Positions 24,018 to 36,415 of a DNA stretch of 57,463 nucleotides are shown here, piece after piece. This DNA is from Prorocentrum cordatum (lineage: Eukaryota). The stretch lies in contig CAUYUJ010000022.1 in assembly GCA_963575745.1 (NCBI GenBank), positions 62,001 to 119,463 of the forward strand, read 5' to 3'. Each line of letters begins with the position of its first letter. Within the stretch, counting starts at the first letter, position 1. Position numbers and translations under genes: made by a program. The notes beneath the pieces were generated by a model, which saw only the letters and a list, made by a program, of their open reading frames with translations, did not search any database and was not told where the DNA came from.

Positions 24018-24984
24018 ACCAGCCACCTGATCGACGCAGGCTCCACCTAGCCAAGCAATATGGTGGAGTCGTCAGCACGCCTCGTGAATCTGGACTCGCT
24101 GCGGAAGTTTCGCCATCAGATGCTGGTAATACTCCACTTCTTGCCGCGGGCGCAGCACGGGCGGTATTTCGCACTCGTCCAGACGCTGCGCCACGGGAGC
24201 ATGTTCAACCAGGCCCTGCCTCTCGCCCCTCTAGGCTCCGATTGGTCACCGACTTCCTTTCTTCTCGTAATGTCTTCCCTGGGGCGCTCCAACATCGACA
24301 GATGATGAATAGTGAACACGTGTATCGAATGGCACAAGAGTGGTGGAGTTCAGTACATGAAGCTTCTTAATTTTGTTGGTCGAGTCAGTGAGTGAGCCTT
24401 AACAAGTGTTTCCTGGCAATCATTGCTCAGTGAATGATTTTGTTAGCGTTTCCTGCGTTGTCGCTCGTTCCAAACTGCAGTCAGGTCGGGCCTTTGGGGG
24501 CTCGACCTCGCCTGGGATTAAAATTCGGGATGCCCCTCACGGTCCCCTCACACGTCGGAGATCGTGGGGACTTCCTCTGGCACCTCGGAGGTGCCGTAGA
24601 GGACCGTCCCGTCACCTCGAGGCTCAGCCCTTGGGTGCATCCTGGCTCGCTCAGGCCCGCCGCTCCAATCGATCAGACTTTGCGCGCAGTTCGTGTTTGC
24701 TCTGGTGTTTTTGTTTCAGCTGTGTTGCAAAGCGCAATCAGCTTCCAGAGAGATTGGATGGAGCTGAAGGTGAATGTTGTTGAACATTATTACTTCTAAA
24801 GAATAATTATTGTTGGGACCCCTGGTGCACGACCCCCCTCCAAAACCTAGGCCGCAGCTACATTTTCATCATTTTTTCGCGAAAGCTTCAGAAAAGTGGA
24901 TTGGTACCGGATCCGGTTGTTTTGTTGTAATCCGTTTTCCCTTGCAAAAAACACTATAAAATGAAAATTCTTGTTCTTACTTGA

Positions 24985-25545
24985 TCAAATTGCAAGAATC
25001 CCTTGCAAAAAATAAGGTAAAGTGGACATTCGTGCGCGCAAGACGAAATCCTTCCAAAACCTTAGGTTTCGTAACGATTTTAACATAAAAACATCAAAAA
25101 CCCAATGGTTTTTTAAGAAAAAATTGTCAAAATGTCCTTCCGCGCGCGCTGTCCGAATCCCACAAAACCAATGGTTTTTCAACATTTATGTTACATGAGC
25201 TCGCGCGAGCTACTTTTTCTTGTTCTAACATAATCAAATTTCAATAATCCCTTGCAAAAAATAAGGTAAAGTGGACATTCGCGCGCGCAAGACGAAATCC
25301 TTCCAGAACCTTAGGTTTCGTAACGATTTCAACATAAAAACATCAAAAAGCCAATGGTTTTTCAAACAAAAATGTCCAAATTTCATCCCGCGCGCGCTGT
25401 CCGACTCCCACAAAACCAATGGTTTTTCAACATTTATGTTACATAAGCTCGCGCGAGCTACTTTTTCTTGTTCTTACATAATCAAATTTCAACATCCCTT
25501 GCAAAAAAAAGTAAAGTGGACATTCGCGCGCGCAAGACCAACAAA
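24985..25545. repeat. AT-rich tandem repeat, 249-bp unit, ~2.2 copies
   Basis: TCAAATT...ATCCCTTGCAAAAAA...GTAAAGTGGACATTCG recurs at 24985, 25234 and ~25482. Confidence 0.93.
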
Positions 25546-25937
25546 AAACACGACGATCTCAGGAACTTGCCCCAAAAATGTGACCAACTCCGCTCTCTCT
25601 GTCTCTCTCTCTGTCTGCTCTCTGTCTCTCTCTCTGTCTGTCTGTGTCATGTATTGTATGTCACAATTGCAGGATGCTGGGCACACGCGCGCCCCGAATA
25701 AGTGACCAAGTTCTGTGGGTGTGTACCCCACGCCAGTGTAGTAGCCACGGTCGTCCGCACGCCACGAAGTGAAGTGTCCCAACGTCATAGGGCGGGAAGC
25801 TGGGTTTGGGTGGTCGCGAAGAGTCGTTTGGATATTTGGTAGAGCTTGAACTGCCCCCCCACGAAGTGGGGGTATTGTCTCGCGTCGCATGAAAACCCTG
25901 GCACTGGTGAGAACACTGAGCGTTCGGGTAAAATGAT

Positions 25938-25968
<31 letters not shown>

Positions 25969-26429
25969 CCTCTCCTCCTCTCCTCCTCCTCCCCTCTTCT
26001 CCTCCTCCTCCTCCTCCTCGTACTCCTCCTCCTCCTCCTCCTCCTCCCTCCTCCTCCTCCTCCTCCTGCTCCTCCTCCTCCTCCTCCTCCTCCCTCCTCC
26101 TCCTCCTCCACCTCTCCTCCCTTCCTCCTCCTCCTCCTTCCTCCTCCTCCTCCTCCTCCTCCTCCTCCTCCTCCTCCTCCTCCTCCTCCTTCCCCTCCTC
26201 CTCCTCCTCCTCCTCCTCCTTTTTCCTCCTCCTCCTCCTCCTCCTCCTCCTCCTGCTCCTCTTCCTCCTCCTCCTCCTCCTCCTCCTCCTCCTCCTCCTT
26301 GTCTCCTCGATCCCCCCACCTGCGCCTCCTCCTCTTTTTCTCCTGAAATGTGCAAGGGCCAGAACACGTGTGCCACTTGTTTATGTGTCTCAGGGCCCCT
26401 TCAGTGAAGCCGCTCAGAAAATGAGAGGA

Positions 26430-26590
26430 GGAAAAGGTACGCAGACCGCTGCCCTTCGCCCGTGTTCCCTTTTGTGGGCCTCCTCGGAGGCCCTCGTCGC
26501 CAACGCTGGATTCGCCTCGAAATCCGGGTCAGAACGCATCCCAGGATAGTGCGGGGAGTAGCGGTATCGCGACCTTTTGTTTCCACCAGA
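26430..26590 (+). mobile_element. Dispersed ~170-bp SINE/MITE-like family; copies at ~36540-36685, ~39710-39890, ~52470-52640
   Basis: Shared CCCTTC...GGGCCTC...TCGTCGCCA..GCTGGATTC...GGTCAGA-like core...GCGGT; all copies are in the same orientation. Confidence 0.8.
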
Positions 26591-27021
26591 AAAGGCGGGG
26601 AACCTTGGGATGCACCCCTGCAGGGGGCTATTCGCACGCACCCCATCTCGAGGATGGGCGCCCCCCCGTCGTATCTCCCAGGGTTGGGCCCCAAATGTGT
26701 GGTCCAGTCGAAGTCCTCCCAAAACGCCTGGGATAGGGGTCGACATATTCCCTGTTGTCATCCCTCCCCCTCCGGATCCCATGACGGCTCCAACAACGAC
26801 GACGACGAGGACGACGACGACGGGGACGACGACGACGACGATGACGACGACGGCGACGACGACGACGACCAGGCAGCCCCGTCGGCGCCGCCCGGGCTGC
26901 CTCCGCTGGCGCCTCCGCGGGCGTCTTTTCCGCTGGGCACGCGCAGGCGGCGTCCCGGGTCGGCGCCGCTGCCCGCTGCTTGTCGCCGCCGCCGTCGTCG
27001 TTGGTCGTCGTCGTCGTCGTG

Positions 27022-27059
<38 letters not shown>

Positions 27060-28129
27060 GGTCCTCGTCGTCGTTGGTCGTCGTCGTCGCCGTCGCCGTC
27101 GTCACTGTCGTCGCCGTGGTCGACGTCGCCGTTCTTTGCCGCTGCCGTCGTCGTCGTCGGAGGCAGACCAGGGGCAGAAGGCAGGTCGGCGGACGAGGAG
27201 CAGGAGGAGGAGTTCAGCGAGAGGAGGAAAGGGGCACGGTGAGAATGATGAAAAGGAAGGGGAAACAGAGAGAGGGAGAGAGAGAGAGAGGGTTGAGAGA
27301 AAGAGAGAGACGCATCAGCTATACAGCCCATTTCCGTGCAACAACGTTACAGGGAGAGAGGGCGAGAGGGAGAAGGGGAGGGATAGAGAGAGAGAGATGG
27401 GGTGGAAGGAGCAGGATGGGGTGTCTGGTCCCGCTTCGACCTAGTCCTCATCCTCATGCTCCCCCTCCCCCTCCACTTCACACTGTCTCCTCCGCATGAT
27501 CCTTTTCGGCTCTGGGGGATCGCAGTCCCGGCTGCGGGCCTTCATGGAAAAGCGGAGTTTGCCGGGCAGGCGGTTCCGTCGCCTGCGGGCGTGAGCATTT
27601 CTTCTTCTTTTTTTTTCGGCTTCTTCTTCTCCTCCTCCTTCTTTGTATTATTATTCTTATTATTCTTCTTCTCTTCACCCCTCTGTCTCCTCCTCGCCCC
27701 CGCTCCCTCATCATCCTCATCCTATTCCCTCTTCTTCCCTCCTCGTCCCTGGGTTTGGCCCGCGTCACAAGAAAGGTCCCTCCTCCTCCCAACCCCGGCT
27801 TCTAGCTCCTCCTCCTCCGCCTCCTTCTCGTTCCCCCCCACTTTTCCCTGCTCTACTTCCCTCTTCCTCACATGGGGGCAGGTGCTCAGTCGGAGCGTCG
27901 ACCGCTCGTCCAGGGGGGCGCAGACATTACCAGGTTACATTTTGTTCGGGCAACGGTTGTCCGCCAGTCCTGTGCAGCTTGCCGGCCCAGAGGCTTCTCT
28001 AATCAGGCAGTTGAGATTCGCAGACTTGCATCGCCTCGTCCCTCCTGCTCCTCCTCCTGTTCCTGCTCCTGCTCCTGCTCCTGCTGCTCCTGCTGCTCCT
28101 CCTCCTCCTCCTCCTCCTTCCCGAGCTCC

Positions 28130-31100
28130 TCGCTATAAGTTGGGCTCCGCGGTCACTTATGATGGCTTCGACTGTCGTCACTACCAGCTCCTTTGCGATG
28201 AAGGTCTCTTGGCCCTCGGCATTATTTTTGAGTTGATGGAGTTGGTTGGAGTTCTTCCTCGCCAGATCTCTGCGGTGCTCATTGCCCTCCTCGTCAAACC
28301 CACGGGCGAATTCAGGCCGATAGGGGCGTTTTGCTCTTGGTACAGAGTATGGGCCGCCTCGGGCGGCCCTATGCTCTGTCCTGGGAGCAGCGGCACCCCC
28401 GTCGGTACTGGGCTGCTGGGGCTTTCCGAGGAGATGCTGACGTTGTTTGGCGTCAAACAGTCCGAGCCGAGGCAGGCATAGCTCGCAGGGAATGCAGTGC
28501 CAGCATTTTTTCAACAATATGCTTCAGCACTATGAAACAATAGGTCTTGATAGGCTGGAAGAAAGGTGCTACAAGCACGGATGCCCTGAAACTCTCACGC
28601 GTGTCTCGCTCTATGCCTATCGTTGCAGCATATTCATTTCTATAGCTGGCCTGCTTGACGGCCCATTTTTTGTTGTGAACGGTGTGATTGCAGGGTGCAG
28701 CCTTGCGACCACTCACATTCGGAGATTCGCCATGGATGCGTTTGACGCGCTGCCCACGCATGTGAACAGTGAGTTTGGTGTGTATACTGATGACACGGGG
28801 GTTTTTCACATTGGTTCTCATAAGCAGGTTGTTCAGCACATCGTGTCCATGCCGCGTGTCTTACACCAGGTGATCACAGAAGAGATGCAGTGCCAACTCT
28901 CGCTCGACAAAGTTTGCACGGCGGCTTCCGGCAAGAGGTTTGCCAAGGATATCTCTGTCAATCTAGGTGGGGTGGGAGGGAAGGTGTTGGATTCCACTTT
29001 CAATCTAGGAGTTGACTTCTGCGTCGGTGGGTCATCTCGAGTCTCGGGCAAGAGTTCCAAGATGAAATCTAGGTGTGCGCTCATGTGTAGAAAGGCAAGA
29101 CGTCTCAGAAAGCAGACTGAGCATGTTGGCAGGGCGGCGCTCAAAAAAATCTGTACTGCGGGCCCCTCGCTGGAGGGGCCTACGGGGCCGTGATTCTGGG
29201 CATGGCGGACCAACAGCTCCTGCTTATGCGGCGCCAGGCGTTCTCCACCGTCCGCCACTTTCCAAGAGTAGGTCCGTCACTGCAGCCAGCATCCTCTCGG
29301 ATGACCCTTGCTGGAGAGCTGCCTGCGCTCCTATAGTGCGTTGGAGCAAAGAGATTTGGATCACCCACACGCGAGTTTTTGCCGGCTCTCTGTCTTTTGC
29401 CTTGTTGCCTGCTGCTTGGCATATTGCGTTTTCGCAAGAGCGTGTGACTTGGCCCACTGTCAAGGGTCCTCTCTCCTCCCTCCGCCTCTCCCTCCTCAGG
29501 CTTGGATGGAGAATGCAAGATTTTATGACCATGCTCAATGACCGAGGTTCTACCATTCCCCTTGGCCCCACGTCCCCCAAGTTGCTTGAAGCTCTGTGTA
29601 GGGACGCTTACATGATAGGTCTGGAAACTGACTTGGGACGCAAGTGGGGGAGTGGGAAAAAGGATGTGTCTGGACATTCCTCGTTCGGCCTGTGCTTCCA
29701 AGAAGTTTACGCCTGCCCAGCGAGGCTGGATTCGCGCTTGCACGAGCTGCGCTATCTGGACAGCTGACCGTGCGACCAGCTGCGGCTATGTGGTGGACCC
29801 AGTATGCCTTCGATGCCGACAGGAACCCGACTCCATCCTCCACAGATTGTGGACATGCAGTGACCAAGAAGTTGCCGAGAAGAGGGCTCAGTTGGTCCCC
29901 GCTTCGGTGGTAGAGGCCACCAGCGAGGTCATCTGCCTATACTCTCGAGGAGCTCTCGCTCATCCCGCCGACTACCTGCCTAGGCCTGCCCTGGAAAGAA
30001 TCAACGCCCTGCAGTACATGTGGCATCGCACTGAGCTGGACAGCCCCGAGGGTCCCAGGGCCGCGGTCAACGGAGAAATGTGGGGACACCTGTCTCGTGC
30101 CACACCCATCCTGTTCGAGAGCTTTCTCGTGCCGCTTGGGCTGTCACCATGAATTCGGATGACGGGGAATACCTTGGAGAGGTGCGTGGCCCTGTGCGGG
30201 CCCATCTCCCGCAGACGCCACAGGCTGCAAAGTTTTCGGCCCGTTGCGTTATCTCTCAGTTCTTGGTGTTCCCCTCTACGATTTGTTCGGATTGCGCGAA
30301 CATGGTGCACCAGTGTCAGTTGCTTGTGCCTGATAGGTACACAGGTAAAACGAGCCTACCCGGGTATGATCCTCCAGGCCAGCACGTTTGAGCAGCAGCT
30401 TATTAGAGAAGTGATCAAAGTGAAAGCCCACTTGGATGCAAATGCTGAAGGCATCTCAGAGGGCGAGCGGTTTTTGAGGAAGGGCAACGCGGACGCGGAT
30501 GCAGGAGTCCACCCTTCGTTGGCAGGTGATTTGAAAGACGTCTCTGGGCTAGTCGAAGCTGCTCGAGCGCACTGCATCCTCGCTGCTAATATGTTGCCAC
30601 GTTGGCCGAAGCTGCCTTTAGATGTGCCATACTCTCCACATTCGTCGGCGCCCAGCGGTTCTTCGGCTCCGCAGTTGCCGCGTAGGTGGGAGACATGGTC
30701 GGGGATCTGGAGGTGCGCAGTGCGCCTCAGAGGCAGGCGCGCAGGGAGCATGCCACCTCCAGGCCACTGTGCCAACATGCCAAAGTTGCATGCTTCTCGG
30801 CAGCAAGATTTGGGCCACCGCGCGGTGGCGCTCCCATGCTCGGATGGGTCAGTCCTTTTCACTTGTTTGCGCTGCAAGTGTCACTTTTCGAGAGCCTCCG
30901 TTCAAGGCTTAGCCGAGCGCTGCACGACGCCTCCGACGCGTGCAGTCTTCTACGGGTGGGGGCACCTTTGCAGAGGCAAGCACCCCCAGTGTGCCTTCAG
31001 GAAGCGTGGAGTCACGGTCGATACCGACGACTGCATGGCTTGTTTCGACACTGTGGCTGTCGGAGAAGAGCTGCAGCAGCTGCAGCACGACAATGGAGAC

Positions 31101-31800
31101 CTGTAGGCCCGCACTAGGGGCGAGGCTCCGCCACCGTCCTGGCGTTGGCTCTACCAGGGGGGTCGGCGGAGCCTCGTCGTCCTGCCGTCGCCTCGTGCCT
31201 TTCTCGTGCATGCACGCGCGTGTGTGCGCGGTGCGTCCTGTGGGACGCGTGCCGGGCACCCCGCCTCAGGGGGAACGATGGGCTTGTTTTCCACCACCAC
31301 CACCATAAGTTGGAGGGGGGAGGGGGTCCTCCTCCCCCCCAGTCTTCTTCCTCCTCTTCATCCTCCACCTCCTTCCCCCCTCCAACTTATGGTGGTGGGG
31401 GTGGAAAACAGACCCATCAGGGAAGGCGCGCTCGTTCCTGTTCTTTCTTGCGGAGGCAGCGTCCTGCCGTATCTTTTTGCTTCTGTTTGGGCTGGTGGTG
31501 CCAGTGCCGCCAACCACGGCCGAGCCTCCCCGTGGGCAGAGTTCTGCATTGCGTGGCTCGTGGCCGCACGGGAGGAGCAGCCTGGCCTCCACGGGAGAGG
31601 TCTTCAGCCTGCCCTCGCTCCTGCGGGCCCCGCTCTGCAGGAAGCAGTCACCAGCGGTGCGAGCGTCGAACCCCAAAGCCCTCGGCGCGAGAGCATCGCC
31701 TGGGCTCCAAGAGGCCTGGCGAGTTTCAGAGGCTCGGCCCCCCGAGTCCGAGCTTGACCTCGCTTCTAGCTCCGCTGGTGGTGGGGTCGGGAGCGTCGGC
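28130..31800 (+). mobile_element. 5'-truncated, frameshifted non-LTR retrotransposon with RT, RNase H and a C-terminal Cys motif
   Basis: RT: LLVKPTGEFRPIG, YRVW, GVIAGCSLAT, VYTDD, NLGVDF. CCHC-like: CLRC..DSILHRLWTC. RNase H: SRAAWAV, QTPQAAKF, SDCANMV, KVKAH, GNADAD. C-terminus: FTCLRC..RC..GKHP, stop at 31106. 3' limit approximate. Confidence 0.9.
31277..31418. mobile_element. MITE/foldback with 45-bp TIRs inserted in the LINE 3' region
   Basis: 31277-31321 and 31374-31418 are reverse complements with 3 mismatches. Flanks GGGGAAC / AGGGAAG resemble a 7-bp TSD. Confidence 0.85.
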
Positions 31801-32608
31801 CTGGCGCGCCGCTCCGCCAGGTTCTGGCCGACCACGTCTCGGAGCGACGCGCCGACCACGCGTCGGTCCCCGAGCGCCCTCGCCCCAGGCGTTTCGAAGC
31901 CCCCCGCCCCGCGGAGCGCAGCTCGGGGGCGGCCAAGAGGGGGGGTGACAACTGGGGGGGGGGGGGGGGGGGCGGATCTCATGGCGGGGGCCATGATATC
32001 TCTCCAGGTTTCATGGCGCCTCGTCTTGCTTCACTACTCCCCTGGCCCCCCCCTCTTGGGCGCCCCCCTCTTGGCCGCGCCCGAGGAGCGCAGCGGCGCG
32101 CCATCAGCTTGCAAGGGGTAGCGTGCCGCATGGGCCGCCGCCGCGACACGCAAAGCAAGGGCTTCCCAGCGAAGCTCAGTCGGGAGAGCCCTACTATTGT
32201 TCGCTTGCTCCTCGCCCCCTAACCCTCTGGAAGGGGAAGGGGGGGGGGAGCAGGTATTCGAACGTTTTTTTTTCCTTGCGGGGGTATTCGGTTGCTTGCA
32301 GTGGCTTTCTGGTTGCTTACGGAAGGTCTTCGGAGGTCCCTGGAAGTGCCCAGAGGTTCCCGGAGGCCTCCAGAGAGGAGGGAAGAGCAGGAGCACGAGG
32401 AGGAGGAGGAGGAGGAGGAGGAGGAGAAGGAGGAGGAGGAGGAGGAGGAGGCAAAGGCAAAGGTAATGGCAAAGACGCGTCAGGGGGCGTCTTTATAGTC
32501 GGTTCGTCGGCTCCCCCCTGGACCGCCCGGGGCGCCGCCCCGGCCTACAAGGAGACAGTGGGGCAGGCGTACCCCGCTGCAGGAGGGTTTCAGAGTTGAC
32601 GCGATGAA

Positions 32609-32832
32609 GACTCTCCAGAGCAGAAGGAGGGATTGCAAAAAAAACCACTTGGACGAAGGATTGCAAAAAACTGGGTTTTGCAAAAAAACACTTGAACGAA
32701 GGATTGCAAAAACAAGCCTTTCGTTCAAGTGTTTTTTTTTTTTTTGCAAAACCCACTTGAACGAAGGGTTTTTTTTGCAATCCTTCGTTCAAGGAGGGAT
32801 TGCAATCCGACTCTCCAGAGCAGAAGGAGGGA
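32609..32832. repeat. 24-bp exact direct repeats enclosing a mosaic of CACTTGAACGAAGG/ATTGCAAAA modules in both orientations
   Basis: GACTCTCCAGAGCAGAAGGAGGGA occurs at 32609-32632 and 32809-32832. Confidence 0.9.
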
Positions 32833-33196
32833 GGATGCTGGCCCCGCTGGGCCGAGCATCCCCCTCCGGAGGGGGGCGGTCACCTTCACAACCCCCCAGT
32901 CAAGAGGAGAACTGGAGAGGAGGAGGCAGGCGGCGCGTCGGGGGCGGTGCCTTGTCCAGCGGCAGCACCTCCTGCCTAGCTGGGCACCCTGCCCCTTCTC
33001 CGAAACCCCTCCGCAAAGGAAATAGGGAACACACACACACACACACACTCAGAAGCGGACACCCAGGTACGGGACCCGCCACCCAACCCAGGCGCGAAGA
33101 CGACAACGAGGGAGGAAGACGCAGCAGGCCCAGGCCAACGAGCAGCGAGGACGACGGCGGCTAAACAAACCGAGAACCCAACGACCCACAGCATGA

Positions 33197-34289
33197 TCAG
33201 TCCAGGGAGCCTCCTCCTCTTCCTTGAAACATCTTGTTCAACACAAACATTCCTATCCTGTCACTTCTTTTCCTGGGAGTCGCCAATACTTCTGAGACCC
33301 TCTTCGTGCCTTCACATGTAATCCCCCCTTTATTGGAGACCAGAACCCCCAGTTTAATGTTCTGTCGTAGTATCGTTAGTAGGTTCATCATCTTCATATT
33401 CGTACCTGGGGTCGGGGCAGGTGTCTGCCTTTGTCGGAGAAGATCCAGCCATTATCCTCGGGTAGAAGACAGTCGACCTGATCCTGCCGCTCTACGGGCT
33501 CTCTGGGGGCTGCACTGCTCACGGTGAGGAGCCCGAGGCCGTTGTCTGCTGGCGGAGTTTCTCTTTGTTCTCTTCTATCTTGTCCTGGTGCTCTTTGATG
33601 GTCTTCTCTGCCTCCTGCTCCGTCGGCACCACTATCACTTCGACTTCCACGATTGGCGTTCTCTCGCGATTCTTCTTTATCTTGTAATCGTCGATCCACA
33701 ACTCAGGGCGCCTGTGCGTCCAACCGTACGGGATCCACCTCATCTCGTCGTCTGCGTCCCACCACGGCAGCAGCGAGGTCTCCTTCTGCCCGCTGTCAGT
33801 CGACTTCGTGTTGTGGCTCTTCGCCGACTCGTCGGCCTGCATGCATTCGTAGCTCTTGTCTCTCGGTGACTGCTCGTCGCTGCCCGCTGGCCGCGCCGTG
33901 AGCAAGCCCTTCACCTTCAGGAGCCCCTCGATGCACGCGCTGACGCTGCTCATCTGGTCGCTCAGGTAGCTCATATCCTCCTCATCTGGGAGCTTTTGCT
34001 GGTCGGTAGTGCACTCCATGGCCTTGCACCTGCTTGGGCTGAGCATCAGCTTGTACTTGTGGTCCATCCATCAGCTTCAGCAGCCCTGTATCGGCGTCTG
34101 TCGTTGTAGAGGCCAGGACTGCTCCCGTCTTATTGATGTTCATCTCCGCACTCTTCAGCACGTACTGTACGCCTCCGATCTTGTCGCTGATGTTCCTGAC
34201 CTGACCTACGCACCCCATGTTGCGCGCTGCTCTCTGTGAGTACTGCTCGATACTGCTTCTGCACTGCGCTTGAGCCCAAAGCAACTACG
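33197..34289 (-). pseudogene. Decayed intronless coding unit (possible LINE ORF1 plus start of APE-ORF2, or a retrocopy) preceded by a spliced-leader-like motif
   Basis: ATG at 34218 (MGCVGQVRNISDKIGG..). A 4-bp duplication shifts the frame into ORF 33519..34067, which has a coiled-coil-like end. An overlapping short ORF ..IKLGVLVSNKGG..DRIGMFVL weakly resembles an APE N-terminus. Confidence 0.5.
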
Positions 34290-35934
34290 CGAACCCACAG
34301 TAGTAGCCTGTCAGAGTCCCGGGACCTTCTAGGCTGTAATTCCCTTCTCCCCTCCATCGTAACAATACCCGTAGTCGTGATGATGTGACGTGTTATCTCC
34401 CAGTCTGTGTGGTTTTTCTTTGTCGGTGCTGGCGTAGTCACTGTCGAAGAGGAGGAGGAGGAGGAGAAGGAGGAGGAGCGGGAGTTCGAGGAGGAGCTGG
34501 AGGAGAGGGAGGACGAAGATGGCGGCGAGGAGGATCCCCCTTTGAACACTGTGTTTTTTTCTGCTTCCCTTCTTGGTCTAAAGTGTCGGCCCTCGTGCCG
34601 AAGATGGCTCAATCTGCACGTTGCCACCTGTTTTGTCTTACGAGCGCTACGATCCCAGCCAATCCAAGTCTGCCTAACGTCAAGAGAGTTCGATGGGAAG
34701 CAGCTGGAGGAGCAGGTTGACGAGGATGACTCCCCCCCGAATCAGAATCCGCGGCTCGTCCAGGGCCCCTCAGCCGTGCCCCTGGGCTTATGCGACTCCC
34801 TTGCCCAATTCCGTCTCTCTCTCTCTCTCTCTCGCTCTCTCTCCCTCTCTCTCTCTCGTTCCTTCTCCCGTTTCCGTTCCCTCACCCTTTATAGGTTCGA
34901 TCGTCGCGCTTACGCTCGAGGCCTCGCGCTTTGGGGTACGTCTGTCGCCTAAGTGGTGTTCCTAGCGTCAGGCGTGGCCACCTCTCTCGAGCAGAGCCCT
35001 CCGATACCGCGTGTGCGCAGCAACGCCTCAGCATTGAACCAGGCAGGCAGAAGCTTCGCATCCACATTGACGCGCTGGCAGGAATGGAGTGGCAGCAGCC
35101 AAATGCTGTTACCCGACGGCTGGCGGCACTGCGAGCACGGAGAGGCGGCCAAACGCCGTACTTCGAGATGACACCGACCGATGTGTGCGTGTGTGTGTGT
35201 GTGTGTGTGCTAAAACAGTGCCCCTCTCTCGCTCCCCCTCTCTCTCTGCCTGCTTCAGCTCGGCCCTCGCTCATCCCTATCGCCATCCATCGATGTCTTA
35301 CCTTCTCCGCCTTCTCTTTCTCATCAAGGCTGTTCCACGCTCGGCAAAATTAGATCGGCTGGGACTGTAGTGTTCGCAAGGCGAAACAAGAGCTGCAACG
35401 CGCACATTAAACCGTGTTAGGCACGGTGGCCTACAAATTTGACCAGGGTGGGCGCAGCGGGAAAAAGGGCCAGGCAATGTGAGAGAAGCCTCCTCCTCCT
35501 CATTTCTCCTTATCGTACCTCCTCCCTCCTACACCGCCTCACGTTTCTTCCTCCGCCCTCCCTCCTTGACTCCCTCCTCCCCGCCCCTCCTCATTCTCCT
35601 CCATCTCCACAGGGCTACAGCTCCTCGTCCTCCCCGACTGAAGCCAGCCTGACAATGACGACGACAGTGACAATGACGAGCGCGACGACCTTGACCGACG
35701 ACTTTGGCGACGACGGCAACTGCGGCCACGACGACGACGACGACTACGACGATTTTCCCGTAGATCCGACGTCAAGAACAATTGCAACATCGCGAAGCAT
35801 CACCACTGGAGCCCTAGACGTCATCTTTCTGCGGCATTTCTCTAGGCGGATCGATCTCTGCAGTTCGCGTGGCCTGAATGCGGGAAAAAACGCCCGGCCT
35901 GAAGGAATGCCACGCTTGGATCTCAAGGTTTGGC

Positions 35935-36381
35935 AACGACAACGACGACGACTACGACGACGACAACGACCATGATGAAGACGATGACGACGACCACGAC
36001 GACGAGGACGACGACGTGGATGACGACGACGACGACGACGACGACAACGACGACGACGCAGACGACGACGACCACGGCGACGACCACGACGACGCTGACG
36101 ACGACGACGACGATGGCGGCGACGACGACGACGACGACGATGGTGGCGGCGATGGCGACGACGACGGCGACGACGACGACCTCCGAGGTGCCCGTGCGCG
36201 GCGCCTCCACGCCGCGCTGGTGCAGCTCCCCCACGGCGGCGGCGAGGCCGGGCAGCCGCTCGGTGGGCTCGTCGCTGGAGGCCCCGCTGCCGCCGCCAAA
36301 GACTTGCGCCGCGCCATTGCCGCCGTCGCCGCCACCGCCGTGGTCGTCGTCGTCGTCGTCGTGGTCGTGGCCGTGGTCGTG

Positions 36382-36413
<32 letters not shown>

Positions 36414-36415
36414 GG
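35935..36415. repeat. (GAC)n and (GTC)n arms flanking a ~160-bp GC-rich core
   Basis: Complementary trinucleotide tracts are visible. The same layout occurs at 26790-27160, and a further (GTC)n tract lies at 37345-37725. Confidence 0.9.

Larger units (their letters stand above)
21323..24810 (+). mobile_element. 5'-truncated non-LTR retrotransposon (RTE-like RT plus C2H2-type zinc fingers) with an additional 3' ORF and an AT-rich tail
   Basis: RT motifs HDLSNAF, GGFQGS, SGFADD, NMSK and RHL(G)...EVEMRI...W are present, followed by three Cys/His fingers. The tail reads TGTTGTTGAACATTATTAC...TAATTATTGTTG at ~24775-24815. Confidence 0.88.
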
